Assembly: GCA_046294565.1 (NCBI GenBank)
Contig: JBKBKS010000001.1
Location: 9,400 to 73,399, forward strand
DNA length: 64,000 nt
Reading direction: 5' to 3'
From: Fimbriimonadales bacterium
Lineage (GTDB): Bacteria > Armatimonadota > Fimbriimonadia > Fimbriimonadales > GBS-DC
Shown here: positions 9,451 to 18,684 of the stretch, piece by piece
Layout of the letters: each line of letters begins with the position of its first letter
Numbering within the stretch: position 1 is the stretch's first letter
Position numbers and translations under genes: made by a program
The notes under the pieces: generated by a model
Told to the model about the DNA's origin: nothing
Seen by the model: the letters and a program-made list of their open reading frames with translations, nothing else
The model's database searches: none

Positions 9451-10767
9451 GTGATGAACTGGCGAGCCGCTCTGGAGGCGGTGCGTAGCGCCGACCCAGT
9501 GCGCGTGCATGGGCGCGTGGTCGGCGCAGTGGGGCTGCTCATCGAGTCGCAGGGTCCGCCTGCGAAGTTGGGCGAGTTGTGCCTGATTGAGCGCGGTCGG
9601 CGCGAGACGCCCCTGCAAGTGGAGGTGGTCGGCTTTCGGAACGGGCGCACGCTGCTGACCCCGCTGGGCGAGTTGACAGGCGTGTCGCCTGGCAGCGAGG
9701 TCATCCCGACTGGTCAAACGGCGTCGGTGGGCGTGTCGGAGGCGATGCTGGGGCGCGTGCTGGACGGGCTGGGCAATCCGATGGACGGCAAGCCCGCTTT
9801 CGCGCCCGTATCGCGCTATCCGCTCAACGCCGAGGCGCCCCCCGCCTTAGAGCGACCGCCCCTGCGCGCCCCGCTGCCGCTCGGCGTGCGCGCCATCGAC
9901 GCGCTGCTCACCTGCGCCTACGGACAGCGCGTGGGCATCTTCGCCGGCAGCGGCGTCGGCAAAAGTACCTTGATGGGCATGATTGCCCGCAACACCGCCG
10001 CCGAAGTGAATGTGATTGCGCTGATTGGCGAGCGCGGACGCGAAGTGCGCGAGTTTATCAAGGACAGCCTCGGCGAGGAGGGGCTGCAACGCTCCGTGCT
10101 GGTGGTCGCCACTTCCGACCAGCCCGCCATCGTGCGCCAGAAAGCCGCCTTCACCGCCACTGCCATCGCCGAATACTTCCGCGACCAAGGCAAGCTGGTG
10201 GTGCTGATGATGGACTCACTCACGCGCTTGGCGATGGCGCAACGCGAGATTGGCTTGTCGGCAGGCGAGCCGCCCGCCGCGCGCGGCTACACGCCCTCCG
10301 TGTTCGCGCTGATGCCCCGCCTGCTCGAACGCGCCGGCAACAGCGCACACGGCAGCATTACCGCGCTCTATACCGTGCTGGTCGACGGCGACGACCTCAA
10401 CGACCCGATCGCCGACACCGCCCGCGCCATCCTGGACGGACACATCGTCCTCTCGCGCACCCTCACCCAGCAGGGGCACTACCCGCCCATCGATGTGCTG
10501 GCGAGCCTCTCGCGCGTGATGCCCAACATCGCCTCGCCCGAACATATGCAAGCCGCCAACCGCCTGCGCCGCCTCCTCGCCGCGTACAAGGAAGCCGAAG
10601 ACCTCATCGCTATCGGCGCGTATCAGCAAGGCGCGAACCCGCTGGTGGACGCCGCCATCGCCCGCTTGGACGCCATCCGTCAATTCCTGCGCCAAACGCG
10701 CGACGAACGACCCGACTTCGAAACGACACTGAACAGCCTCTACGCGCTCACAGAGGGCGTCGCCTAA
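9451..10767 (+). CDS. fliI: FliI/YscN-family type III secretion ATPase
   Basis: 438 aa. Walker [18 protein letters not shown], Walker B LMMDSLTR, FliI-type N-terminal beta-barrel ([17 protein letters not shown]). The start may be ATG 9454. Confidence 0.88.
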   Translation: MMNWRAALEAVRSADPVRVHGRVVGAVGLLIESQGPPAKLGELCLIERGRRETPLQVEVVGFRNGRTLLTPLGELTGVSPGSEVIPTGQTASVGVSEAMLGRVLDGLGNPMDGKPAFAPVSRYPLNAEAPPALERPPLRAPLPLGVRAIDALLTCAYGQRVGIFAGSGVGKSTLMGMIARNTAAEVNVIALIGERGREVREFIKDSLGEEGLQRSVLVVATSDQPAIVRQKAAFTATAIAEYFRDQGKLVVLMMDSLTRLAMAQREIGLSAGEPPAARGYTPSVFALMPRLLERAGNSAHGSITALYTVLVDGDDLNDPIADTARAILDGHIVLSRTLTQQGHYPPIDVLASLSRVMPNIASPEHMQAANRLRRLLAAYKEAEDLIAIGAYQQGANPLVDAAIARLDAIRQFLRQTRDERPDFETTLNSLYALTEGVA

Positions 10768-10826
10768 GACGCTTCAGAGTAGCGACACGCACACGCACCA
10801 AAGCCGTGGGGTATACTTTACAATTG

Positions 10827-12116
10827 ATGCAGCCAGCAACACCTGCAACTGTCGAGCGCGATCCGCAACTGTTCGCGTCGGTCGAGGAAGCCATCGCGAT
10901 TATCCGCGCAGGCGGCATGCTCATCGTGGTCGACGACGAAGACCGCGAGAACGAGGGCGACTTCCTGATGGCGGCGGAGAAGGTCACGCCCGAAGCCGTG
11001 AACTTTATGGTGGTGCATGGACGCGGCTTACTCTGCCTGCCCACCGACGGCGCACGCTTGGACAAGCTGGGCATCCCGATGATGAGCAAGGTGAACACTG
11101 CTCAGTTCGGCACGCCCATGGCGGAAGCCATCGACGCCCGCGAGGGCGTCAGCACGGGCATCTCGGCGTTTGACCGCGCGCTCACCATCCAAAAGTTCTG
11201 CGCCCCCAACGCCAAGCCCGACGATTTCGTGCGACCGGGGCATGTGTTCCCCTTGCGCGCGGCGTCAGGCGGCGTGCTACGCCGCGCGGGGCACACCGAA
11301 GCGGCGGTTGACCTCGCACGGCTCGCAGGGCTGTTCCCTGCAGGCGTCATCTGCGAAATCCTCAACGAGGACGGCTCGATGGCGCGACTGCCCCAGCTTA
11401 TCAATGTCGCCCGCAAGCACGGGCTGAAAATCCTCACCATCGCCGACCTGATTGCCTACCGCCGTCAACACGAGAAGCTCATCCACCGCGCCGCGCCGCC
11501 TGTGTTCCTGCCCACGCGCTACGGCAACTTCACGGTCTATGTCTACGAATCGGATGTGGAAGCCGAACCCTACCTCGCGCTGGTGATGGGCAAGGTCGAC
11601 GACGGCGACCCCGTGCTGGTGCGCATGCACTCGAGCTGCATCACGGGCGACCTGCTCGGCTCGCTCCGTTGCGATTGCGGCGCACAGTTAGACCTCGCGC
11701 TGCGCAAAATCGGCGAGACGGGACGCGGCGTGCTGGTCTATATCCTCCAAGAGGGGCGCGGCATCGGCATTGTGAACAAGATGCGCGCCTACCACCTGCA
11801 AGAACACGGGCTGGACACCGTCGAGGCGAACCAAGCACTGGGGTTCAAACCCGACCTGCGCGATTACGGGCTGGGCGCACAGGTGCTGGTGGACTTGGGC
11901 GTGCGCAAAATCCGCTTGATGACCAACAACCCCAAAAAAATCGCGGGATTGGAAGGCTACGGACTGGAAATCGTGGAGCATGTGCCGCTGGTCTCCCCCC
12001 CGACGCCGTACAACATTCGCTATCTGCGCACTAAGGCGGAGAAGCTGGGGCATCTGCTGCCGATGGGCGTCTTGAGCGACGCGCCTGCGGACCCCCCAAC
12101 CGAGCGGTCTGGCTAA
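10827..12116 (+). CDS. ribBA: bifunctional 3,4-dihydroxy-2-butanone-4-phosphate synthase / GTP cyclohydrolase II
   Basis: DDEDRENEGD, HTEAAVDLARLAG (RibB half) and MHSSCITGDLLGSLRCDCG (RibA half). The start is set at ATG 10827, 9 nt after TATACT 10812-10817. The ORF-track start is GTG 10806. Confidence 0.93.
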   Translation: MQPATPATVERDPQLFASVEEAIAIIRAGGMLIVVDDEDRENEGDFLMAAEKVTPEAVNFMVVHGRGLLCLPTDGARLDKLGIPMMSKVNTAQFGTPMAEAIDAREGVSTGISAFDRALTIQKFCAPNAKPDDFVRPGHVFPLRAASGGVLRRAGHTEAAVDLARLAGLFPAGVICEILNEDGSMARLPQLINVARKHGLKILTIADLIAYRRQHEKLIHRAAPPVFLPTRYGNFTVYVYESDVEAEPYLALVMGKVDDGDPVLVRMHSSCITGDLLGSLRCDCGAQLDLALRKIGETGRGVLVYILQEGRGIGIVNKMRAYHLQEHGLDTVEANQALGFKPDLRDYGLGAQVLVDLGVRKIRLMTNNPKKIAGLEGYGLEIVEHVPLVSPPTPYNIRYLRTKAEKLGHLLPMGVLSDAPADPPTERSG

Positions 12117-14038
12117 GCCTCGCCCGCGCCGAACTGCCACTCCACGCGCAGCGTATCGTCTCGCAGGGGCGCTTCCACCTCCAGCGTTGCGCAGGGAACC
12201 TTGTGCCCAAAGCGGGGCGAGTACCAGCCGAGCTTGGACGCCTCGTCGCCAGAATAAAGGCGCGCCGTGTAGTCTGTCAGCCCTGCCAAGGCGAGCCGTA
12301 TCGCGCGCTGCCCATCGGTGATGCGCCAGCTATTTTCGCCGTCGGGCTGCACTTGCCAATCGGGGTGGAAGTGCCAGCGCCACTGTGCCGCGCTCGCCGC
12401 ATCAGGCTCTATCGTGTCGATGATGAGCAGCTGCGCGTCGGACACGCGCACGCATCGCGCGACTCGGTCGGGCAGGTAGGCGTCGGTCGCGCCCTCCACT
12501 TGGCGCATGCCCAGATTGCACTGGGTGAACTCGGCGCGCGCGCGCCTGCCCCACAGAAACGCGCCCAGTATCTCCGACTGGTTGAGATTGTCCAGCGTCA
12601 GCGTGTTATGCGCGGGCGTGCTTCGGAAATGGTTGCGCCATTCGGGGTCTTCGTGGTAAGCGTAAGTGCCTGCGTCGATGAGCAGCGGCTTCCCTGCGTA
12701 AGACGCCCACACGCTGAGCGCGTCGGCGTGCCCGTGCGCCGCGAGGCTCCCCAGCCCCAGCGGCCCGGCATCGAACAGCACTTGCCAGCGTTCGGAGTGG
12801 AGAACGGCGTAGCCGCCGTCGGGGTAGAGGCGCGATTCGGTGAGCCGTGCGCCCGCGGGCGGCGCTTCGCCGAACAGCCACAAGCCCAGCGCGTCGTCCG
12901 ACTCGGTGTAGGCAGGGGGCGGCTCGGCGTGCAGGAGCATCGCCAGCGCGCGCCCCACCACGCGGTAGCGGTTCGCCTCCGCGCGCCATAGCGGCGCGAC
13001 CGCGCCGTCGTCCTCGTCGCCCACCTGAGGCACATAGCCTGAAGCGTCCATCACATTGCGCACGAACTCGAGGTTGCGTTGCAAGCGCGTGGCGGTCGCG
13101 CTGGGCAGCGGCTGCCAGCGGTAGGCGTGCAGGTAGAACTCCCACACGAACGGCAGATACCCGAAGCCCTGCTCGGCGTTCACGCCGTCGTCGAAGAACT
13201 GCCGCTGCGCCTCGCGCTCGAGCGTGGTCAAGCCGCGTTGCGCCCAGCGCTGCGCGCGCGGATGCGGGGGCAGCAGTTGCCCCAGAAACGCCAACGCCGC
13301 CGCCTCGCCAATCAGATGATTATTCGCCGACGACCCTGGCGAAAGGCGGCGTTCGATGAACTCCGCGTGTTGAATCAGCGCGCCCAGCGCGCGCGTCGCC
13401 GCCTGCGCCTCCCATGCCTGCTCGCCCAGCAACGCGAGCGCGTAGCCCCACGCGAAGACACGGATGGCATGCTCCAGCGCACTGGTCCAGTGGACGCCCC
13501 AGCCGCGCGGGTTGCGCTCGATCCAGTCCAGCAGCCAGCGCAGGGCAGTCTGGGCATAGCGTGGCTCCCCCGTCAGCGCGTAGGCAGTGGCTAAGCGCAA
13601 AATCGGTTGCCCACGCGACGGCTCCCACACATACTTCACGCCCCCAGCGACATCGATGCGCCGATAGTCGATGGTTTGGGCGGGCGCGTCCATCCAATCG
13701 CTGCCCAAGCAGTAGTTGCGTCGCCACTGGGGCGGGTCGTCCAGCTGGACAGGGTAGCCGAACAGCGTCCACTGCCCGTGCATCAGCGCGTCGGCTTCCG
13801 AGATAATCGCCGTGCGTTCGGCGTCGCCGAGAGCGTCGGGGCGCAGGTTGAGCCGCTCGCGCCAGTTGATCAGCGTGCGCGTGGGGTCGGTGTTCGGGTA
13901 GTAGCGTCGCCAAGTCTGCTCTGGCGGCTCTTTCGGCAGCGGGCGTAGCCGTTCGTGCAGGGCGCGCGCAGCGCGCAACGCTATCTCGTCTGGCGACATC
14001 GCAAGCAACCGCCGAAACTTCCAGCGTAGGGAGCTCAT
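12113..14038 (-). CDS. heparinase II/III-like (alginate-lyase fold) protein
   Basis: 641 aa. ...NNHLIGEAAALAFLG... and HGHADALSVWASYAGKPLLIDAGTYAYH...STPAHNTLTLDN resemble heparinase II/III family signatures. Confidence 0.7.
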   Translation of the reverse strand: MSSLRWKFRRLLAMSPDEIALRAARALHERLRPLPKEPPEQTWRRYYPNTDPTRTLINWRERLNLRPDALGDAERTAIISEADALMHGQWTLFGYPVQLDDPPQWRRNYCLGSDWMDAPAQTIDYRRIDVAGGVKYVWEPSRGQPILRLATAYALTGEPRYAQTALRWLLDWIERNPRGWGVHWTSALEHAIRVFAWGYALALLGEQAWEAQAATRALGALIQHAEFIERRLSPGSSANNHLIGEAAALAFLGQLLPPHPRAQRWAQRGLTTLEREAQRQFFDDGVNAEQGFGYLPFVWEFYLHAYRWQPLPSATATRLQRNLEFVRNVMDASGYVPQVGDEDDGAVAPLWRAEANRYRVVGRALAMLLHAEPPPAYTESDDALGLWLFGEAPPAGARLTESRLYPDGGYAVLHSERWQVLFDAGPLGLGSLAAHGHADALSVWASYAGKPLLIDAGTYAYHEDPEWRNHFRSTPAHNTLTLDNLNQSEILGAFLWGRRARAEFTQCNLGMRQVEGATDAYLPDRVARCVRVSDAQLLIIDTIEPDAASAAQWRWHFHPDWQVQPDGENSWRITDGQRAIRLALAGLTDYTARLYSGDEASKLGWYSPRFGHKVPCATLEVEAPLRDDTLRVEWQFGAGEA

Positions 14039-14099
14039 AACCGCACCTTAAAGTGTACCTCAGCACAGGAAAACGCGCGGAGAGGGCGAACGGAATCGT

Positions 14100-16163
14100 A
14101 TGCGCTTGCGCTCTTTATTGTGCAGCTGGTGGCTGATTGCAACGGCATGCGCTCAACTGGACACCGACGCGCTGTTCCAAGAGGCGTTGGCGTTGGCGAA
14201 CCTGACCCCGACGGCGGCGCGCTTCCACCCACGCCTGTTCGATTACTTCTACCGCACGCAATACACCACGCCGCTGTTCGAGATGCTCTTGGACGACCCG
14301 CTGCGCCTGCCGTACTACGCGGAGCGGCTGCGCAACAGCGTGGTGGGCGCGGTGGGGCGACCTGTGGCGGCGGTGGAGTCGGGCGCAAGCGCGATAGGCG
14401 TCTCGATGCGTCGCACGCTGGTGGGCGACCCGTTGCAAGCGTGGCGCGAGCAGGCGAACGCGCCCAACGCGCTGGAGCAAGCCGTTGTGCAGCTCTACCA
14501 AGCCGCCAACGCGCCCATCCCGCCCGCCGTGCGCACGCAACTCCAACGCGCCCAACAAACCGCGCCTACAATCGTGCAGCAACAGACGGCGTTCCTCATC
14601 TATGTCGCCATCGAATCCCGACGCTGGCGCGACGCCGCCCTGCGCGAACTTACGCCCGATGAACGCAACGCACTGTTCCAACTCCTCAATCGCCCGATTA
14701 AGGATTTCGAAGCGCGACTGGACGGCGCGTCGCCCAACCCCGAGATACTGCTGATGGAGAAGGCGTTGGAGCGCGTCGACCTGCCACGCCTGCTGGCAGG
14801 CGGACACGACTGCGTGCTGGCGGCGCAGCAGGTCATCGACGCATTCCAGAAAGCCGACGCCGATGCACAGCAGTCGCTCAGCAAACCGTTCGAGGCGAAC
14901 ATCGACACGCCGTGGGGACGCATTCGGCTCTGCGGCGCAGGCAACGACACGCACGAACGCCTGCCCTATCTGCTGCTTATCGACACAGGCGGCGACGATA
15001 CCTACTACGGCGGCGGCGCGACGCTCACGCTGGACAACGCCGCGTCGATGCTTATCGATCTCTCGGGCGACGACCGCTACGCCGACGACGCTGCGACCTT
15101 GCAAAAACCGCTGATGGAACGCGAGATCCGCACGGGCAAGTTGGGTATGGCATTCGGCGGCGCGACGCTCGGCTACGCCGTCTTAGCCGACCTTCAGGGC
15201 AACGATGTGTACCGCACGCAGGCTGCCGGGCTGGGCGCCGCCCGATTCGGCGTGGGCATGCTCATCGACCTGCAGGGCAACGACCTGTATGACAGCTACG
15301 CCTTCGCTCAAGGCGCGGCGATGATGGGCGTCGGCGCGCTGGTGGAACGCGAAGGGCGCGACCAGTACGCCTGCTTTTACGAAGGGCAGGGCTTCGGCGG
15401 CGTGAAGGGCTTTGGACTGCTACATGACGCGCTCGGCGACGACAGCTATACTGCCCATCCGACGCCTCTGGAGTTCCCCTCGCCCCAAACCGCCGAGCGC
15501 AATATCAGCATGGCGCAGGGCGCAGGCTACGGCAGGCGCGCCGACTACTCCGATGGACGCTCGTGGGCGGGCGGCGTCGGCATGCTGGTCGATGTGCAGG
15601 GCAGCGACCGATACCTCTGCGGCGTGTTCGGACAGGGCGTGGGCTACTGGGGCGGCGTCGGCTTGCTCATCGACCTGCAAGGCGACGATTTGCGTGAAGG
15701 AGTATGGTATGTGCAGGGCGCAGGCGCACACTTCGCTATCGGCTACCTCGAAGACCGCCTGGGCGACGACCGCTACCTCGCCGCGATGAACATGGCGATG
15801 GGCGCAGGACACGACTTCTCAATCGGATACCTCTTCGATTTCGCGGGCAACGACGCCTACAACGCGCCGAGCCTCGCGCTCGGCGGCGCGAACGCGAACG
15901 GCGTCGGCGTCTTCGTGGACTTGGCAGGCGACGACCTCTACCAAGCGCGTAGCGACCAAGCCAACTTCGGCAGGGCGAACCCGATAGGGCGAGGCACTCT
16001 GCGCGAGCGCGGACTCGCGCTGGGGCTATTCATCGACGCCGCAGGCAACGACTCCTATCCGCCCAGCATAGAGTTCGCAGGCAACGCCCGCAACTGGCTC
16101 AACTGGGCTATCCAGAACGAACGCCCCGCAGAGAGCCAACTCGGTATCGGCGTGGACCGCTGA
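14100..16163 (+). CDS. secreted repeat protein with about 13 G-[DN]-D-x-Y solenoid-type repeats
   Basis: 687 aa. Signal-like N-terminus MRLRSLLCSWWLIATACAQ. G[DNRS]D motifs at aa 280, 298, 323, 367, 393, 419, 446, 501, 528, 555, 583, 610 and 649, mostly 26-28 aa apart. Confidence 0.75.
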   Translation: MRLRSLLCSWWLIATACAQLDTDALFQEALALANLTPTAARFHPRLFDYFYRTQYTTPLFEMLLDDPLRLPYYAERLRNSVVGAVGRPVAAVESGASAIGVSMRRTLVGDPLQAWREQANAPNALEQAVVQLYQAANAPIPPAVRTQLQRAQQTAPTIVQQQTAFLIYVAIESRRWRDAALRELTPDERNALFQLLNRPIKDFEARLDGASPNPEILLMEKALERVDLPRLLAGGHDCVLAAQQVIDAFQKADADAQQSLSKPFEANIDTPWGRIRLCGAGNDTHERLPYLLLIDTGGDDTYYGGGATLTLDNAASMLIDLSGDDRYADDAATLQKPLMEREIRTGKLGMAFGGATLGYAVLADLQGNDVYRTQAAGLGAARFGVGMLIDLQGNDLYDSYAFAQGAAMMGVGALVEREGRDQYACFYEGQGFGGVKGFGLLHDALGDDSYTAHPTPLEFPSPQTAERNISMAQGAGYGRRADYSDGRSWAGGVGMLVDVQGSDRYLCGVFGQGVGYWGGVGLLIDLQGDDLREGVWYVQGAGAHFAIGYLEDRLGDDRYLAAMNMAMGAGHDFSIGYLFDFAGNDAYNAPSLALGGANANGVGVFVDLAGDDLYQARSDQANFGRANPIGRGTLRERGLALGLFIDAAGNDSYPPSIEFAGNARNWLNWAIQNERPAESQLGIGVDR

Positions 16164-16171
16164 GCGCACGC

Positions 16172-17569
16172 TCAATCCGTTAGGATGGGGCTGAACAGGT
16201 TTTGCCCCTCGCGCGTGCGGTAGAGCCGCTGCAGCGTGGTCCAGTGCAGGCGCGGCGCAAGCGCATTCAAAGCCTCGTTGAGGGCGTCCTCGCTGAGGGG
16301 TTGCTCGGCGACATAGCGCGCCCGATACCAGTTGAGCAGATAGCGTTCCTCGGCAGGGTTCGCCTCCAGCGCGACGCCGCGATTCGAGACGGCAACCAAT
16401 CGCAGCGCGCCCTCCTGCGGGGGCAGGTCGTTAGGCGGTTGCAGCGCGTGGAAGAAGAGGTCGATGCCCACCGTTAGCCACCCCTCTTGCGCGGTGTCGC
16501 GCGGCGGCAGCATCGGCGTGCAGTACGGCGACGCCACAGGCTCGTTCTGCGCCTGTACCTGCGCGCGGGGGGGCAGATTGCTGATAATCGCCTTCGTGAA
16601 CTCGCGCGTGTTCGCGTTGCCGCCTAAGTCGCGCGTCTTGATGCCCGAAACCAGCGTGTAGCGCAGCGCGCTCTCAATCCGCTCCGCGTCCGCGTGCAGC
16701 CCCAAGTGGTGCAACATCTGCACCGCCGACAAGATAAACGCCGTCGGGTTGGCGATGCCCTTGCCTGCAATATCAGGCGCAGAGCCATGCACCGCCTCGA
16801 ACACCGCGTAGCCGTTGCCGATGTTGCCCCCCGGCGCAACGCCCAACCCGCCAATCAGACCCGCGCACAAATCGCTCACGATGTCGCCAAATAGGTTCGG
16901 CAACACCATCACATCGAACCGCTCCGGACGCAACACCAGCTGCATACAGGCGTTGTCCACCAGAATATCGTCGCTTTCCAAGTCGGGGTACTCTTGCGCA
17001 ATCGCGCGGAAGCACTCCAAAAACAGCCCGTCCGAGAGTTTCTGAATGTTCGCCTTATGCACGCAGGTCACCTTGCGCCTGCCCAGCCGCCGCGCCAAGT
17101 CGAACGCATAGCGTATCACCGCCGCCGAGCCAGGACGCGAAATCAGGCGCAGCGACTCGGCGACATCGGGCGTCTGCCAATACTCCACGCCTGCGTAGGT
17201 ATCCTCGATGTTCTCGCGCACCAAGATGATATCGATATCGTTGTAGCGCGACTGCACGCCAGGAATGGAACGCGCAGGGCGCACATTCGCGAACAGCTCG
17301 AACGCCTTGCGGATGGCGACATTGATACTGCGATGCCCGCCGCCGATGGGGGTGGTCGTGGGCCCCTTAAGCGCGACGCGATTGCGCCGTATCGACTGCA
17401 AAGTCGCCTCCGGGCAGAGCGCGCCGTATTGCTCCAGGCAGCTCAGCCCTGCATACGCCTCTTCCCAGCGCACGGGCGCGGATGCCGCCTCGAAAATCTC
17501 AACGACCGACTCGGCGATTTCGGGACCGATCCCATCGCCGCGAATGAGTGTAACGATGTACGGATGCAT
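16172..17569 (-). CDS. icd: NAD-type isocitrate dehydrogenase-family enzyme with C-terminal extension
   Basis: VTLIRGDGIGPEI, LKGPTTTPIGGGHRSINVAIRK, LVRENIEDTYAGVEY, NLFGDIVSDLCAGLIGGLG. About 130 extra C-terminal aa. The start is set at ATG 17569 (MHPYIV), 9 nt after TATAAA 17579-17584. The ORF-track start is 17578. Confidence 0.85.
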   Translation of the reverse strand: MHPYIVTLIRGDGIGPEIAESVVEIFEAASAPVRWEEAYAGLSCLEQYGALCPEATLQSIRRNRVALKGPTTTPIGGGHRSINVAIRKAFELFANVRPARSIPGVQSRYNDIDIILVRENIEDTYAGVEYWQTPDVAESLRLISRPGSAAVIRYAFDLARRLGRRKVTCVHKANIQKLSDGLFLECFRAIAQEYPDLESDDILVDNACMQLVLRPERFDVMVLPNLFGDIVSDLCAGLIGGLGVAPGGNIGNGYAVFEAVHGSAPDIAGKGIANPTAFILSAVQMLHHLGLHADAERIESALRYTLVSGIKTRDLGGNANTREFTKAIISNLPPRAQVQAQNEPVASPYCTPMLPPRDTAQEGWLTVGIDLFFHALQPPNDLPPQEGALRLVAVSNRGVALEANPAEERYLLNWYRARYVAEQPLSEDALNEALNALAPRLHWTTLQRLYRTREGQNLFSPILTD

Positions 17570-17695
17570 ACCGAGCATTTTATACCTGATGTGCGCCCGA
17601 TGCTAACGCTCAACGATTGTCTGGGAAGCCGTTAGGAGCAACCGATGTGAATTTGGGGCGCGAATGTGGTAGAACGCCCATGTGGAGGAACTGCG

Positions 17696-18562
17696 ATGCC
17701 AACGACGCTCACACGGACTGTTCAATCGGCGGATGAATTAATCACACGCATGCAAGACTTGCCGAGCTTGCCTGCAGTGGTCATGCGAGTTTATCAGATG
17801 GTGGACGATCCAAATGTCCATGCGCAGCAGGTGGCGCAGGAGATTAGTAAAGATCAGGGGTTCACGACGCGCGTCTTACGGATTGCCAACTCAGCCTACT
17901 ACGGCATGAGTCGCCAAGTCGCGACGATTGAGGAAGCGGTGGTAGTGCTGGGGATGAACACTGTGAAGAACCTCGCCTTGATTGCGGCGACCTATCCGCT
18001 GTTCCAGCGTGCGCTGATTGGCTACACCCCGCATGTGAGCGGGATGTGGACACACTCGCTGGCGGTCGGGCTGATTACGCAGATGGGCGCGCGTCAGTTC
18101 GATACGCGCGTGCGCAACGAGGCGTTCACAGCAGGGCTGCTGCACGATGTGGGCAAGTTGGTTATCAGCGCCGCGCTCACCAACTGGATGGGCGAGCTGT
18201 ATGACCTGGTGCACCATCAAGGCAAACCCGTCCATCAAGCGGAGCAGGAGCTGTTCGGCTTCACCCACGAGGAGGTGGGCGCGCTGCTGGTGGAACGCTG
18301 GAAACTGCCCAAGTCGATTGCCCAGATGATACGCTACCACCACCAATCGCTGGAAGTAGACGACCCGACATGCGCCCTCATCGAGTACACCGACCACTGC
18401 GCGAACCGATTGGGCTACCAGATGAACCCCGAAGCGCCGCAAGAGCCGTTCGACACGCGCGTTCTCAATCGGCTGAACATGACACTTGAGGAGTCGGAGA
18501 TGTTCTTGCAGCGCGCCAACGAGCTCTTGAGCGCGTCGCAGGCGTTGTTCCAGTTGAAGTAG
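17696..18562 (+). CDS. HDOD domain signalling protein
   Basis: LPSLPAVVMRVYQMVDDPNV...ISKDQGFTTRVLRIANSAYYG...GLLHDVGKLVI. SD GGAGGA before ATG 17696. Confidence 0.8.
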   Translation: MPTTLTRTVQSADELITRMQDLPSLPAVVMRVYQMVDDPNVHAQQVAQEISKDQGFTTRVLRIANSAYYGMSRQVATIEEAVVVLGMNTVKNLALIAATYPLFQRALIGYTPHVSGMWTHSLAVGLITQMGARQFDTRVRNEAFTAGLLHDVGKLVISAALTNWMGELYDLVHHQGKPVHQAEQELFGFTHEEVGALLVERWKLPKSIAQMIRYHHQSLEVDDPTCALIEYTDHCANRLGYQMNPEAPQEPFDTRVLNRLNMTLEESEMFLQRANELLSASQALFQLK

Positions 18563-18585
18563 GAGTTTTCGTTGCGTGGGAGGGA

Positions 18586-18619
18586 GCGCGGCGGCGTCTA
18601 CTATCAGACGCTGCCGCGC
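18586..18619 (+). terminator. hairpin downstream of the HDOD gene
   Basis: GCGCGGCGGCGTCT-ACTATC-AGACGCTGCCGCGC, a 14-bp stem with 1 mismatch. No U-tract. Confidence 0.45.
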
Positions 18620-18684
18620 GATGGCATCTGACGGGCTTCAGGTACACTTACATTCCCCCATGTTTGGCAGATTGGAGGTTGGTT

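Noticed and set aside
9451-10767. FliI-like gene as the missing ATP synthase beta subunit
   Set aside because: The P-loop GSGVGKS, the N-terminal domain and the overall sequence are FliI/YscN-type, not F1-beta (GGAGVGKT). It is also not in the atp operon.
10768-10826. FMN riboswitch upstream of ribBA (also checked 48171-48485 upstream of ribD)
   Set aside because: The spacer is only about 60 nt and lacks the conserved RFN core. ribD is preceded by a coding ORF. ribBA appears leaderless.
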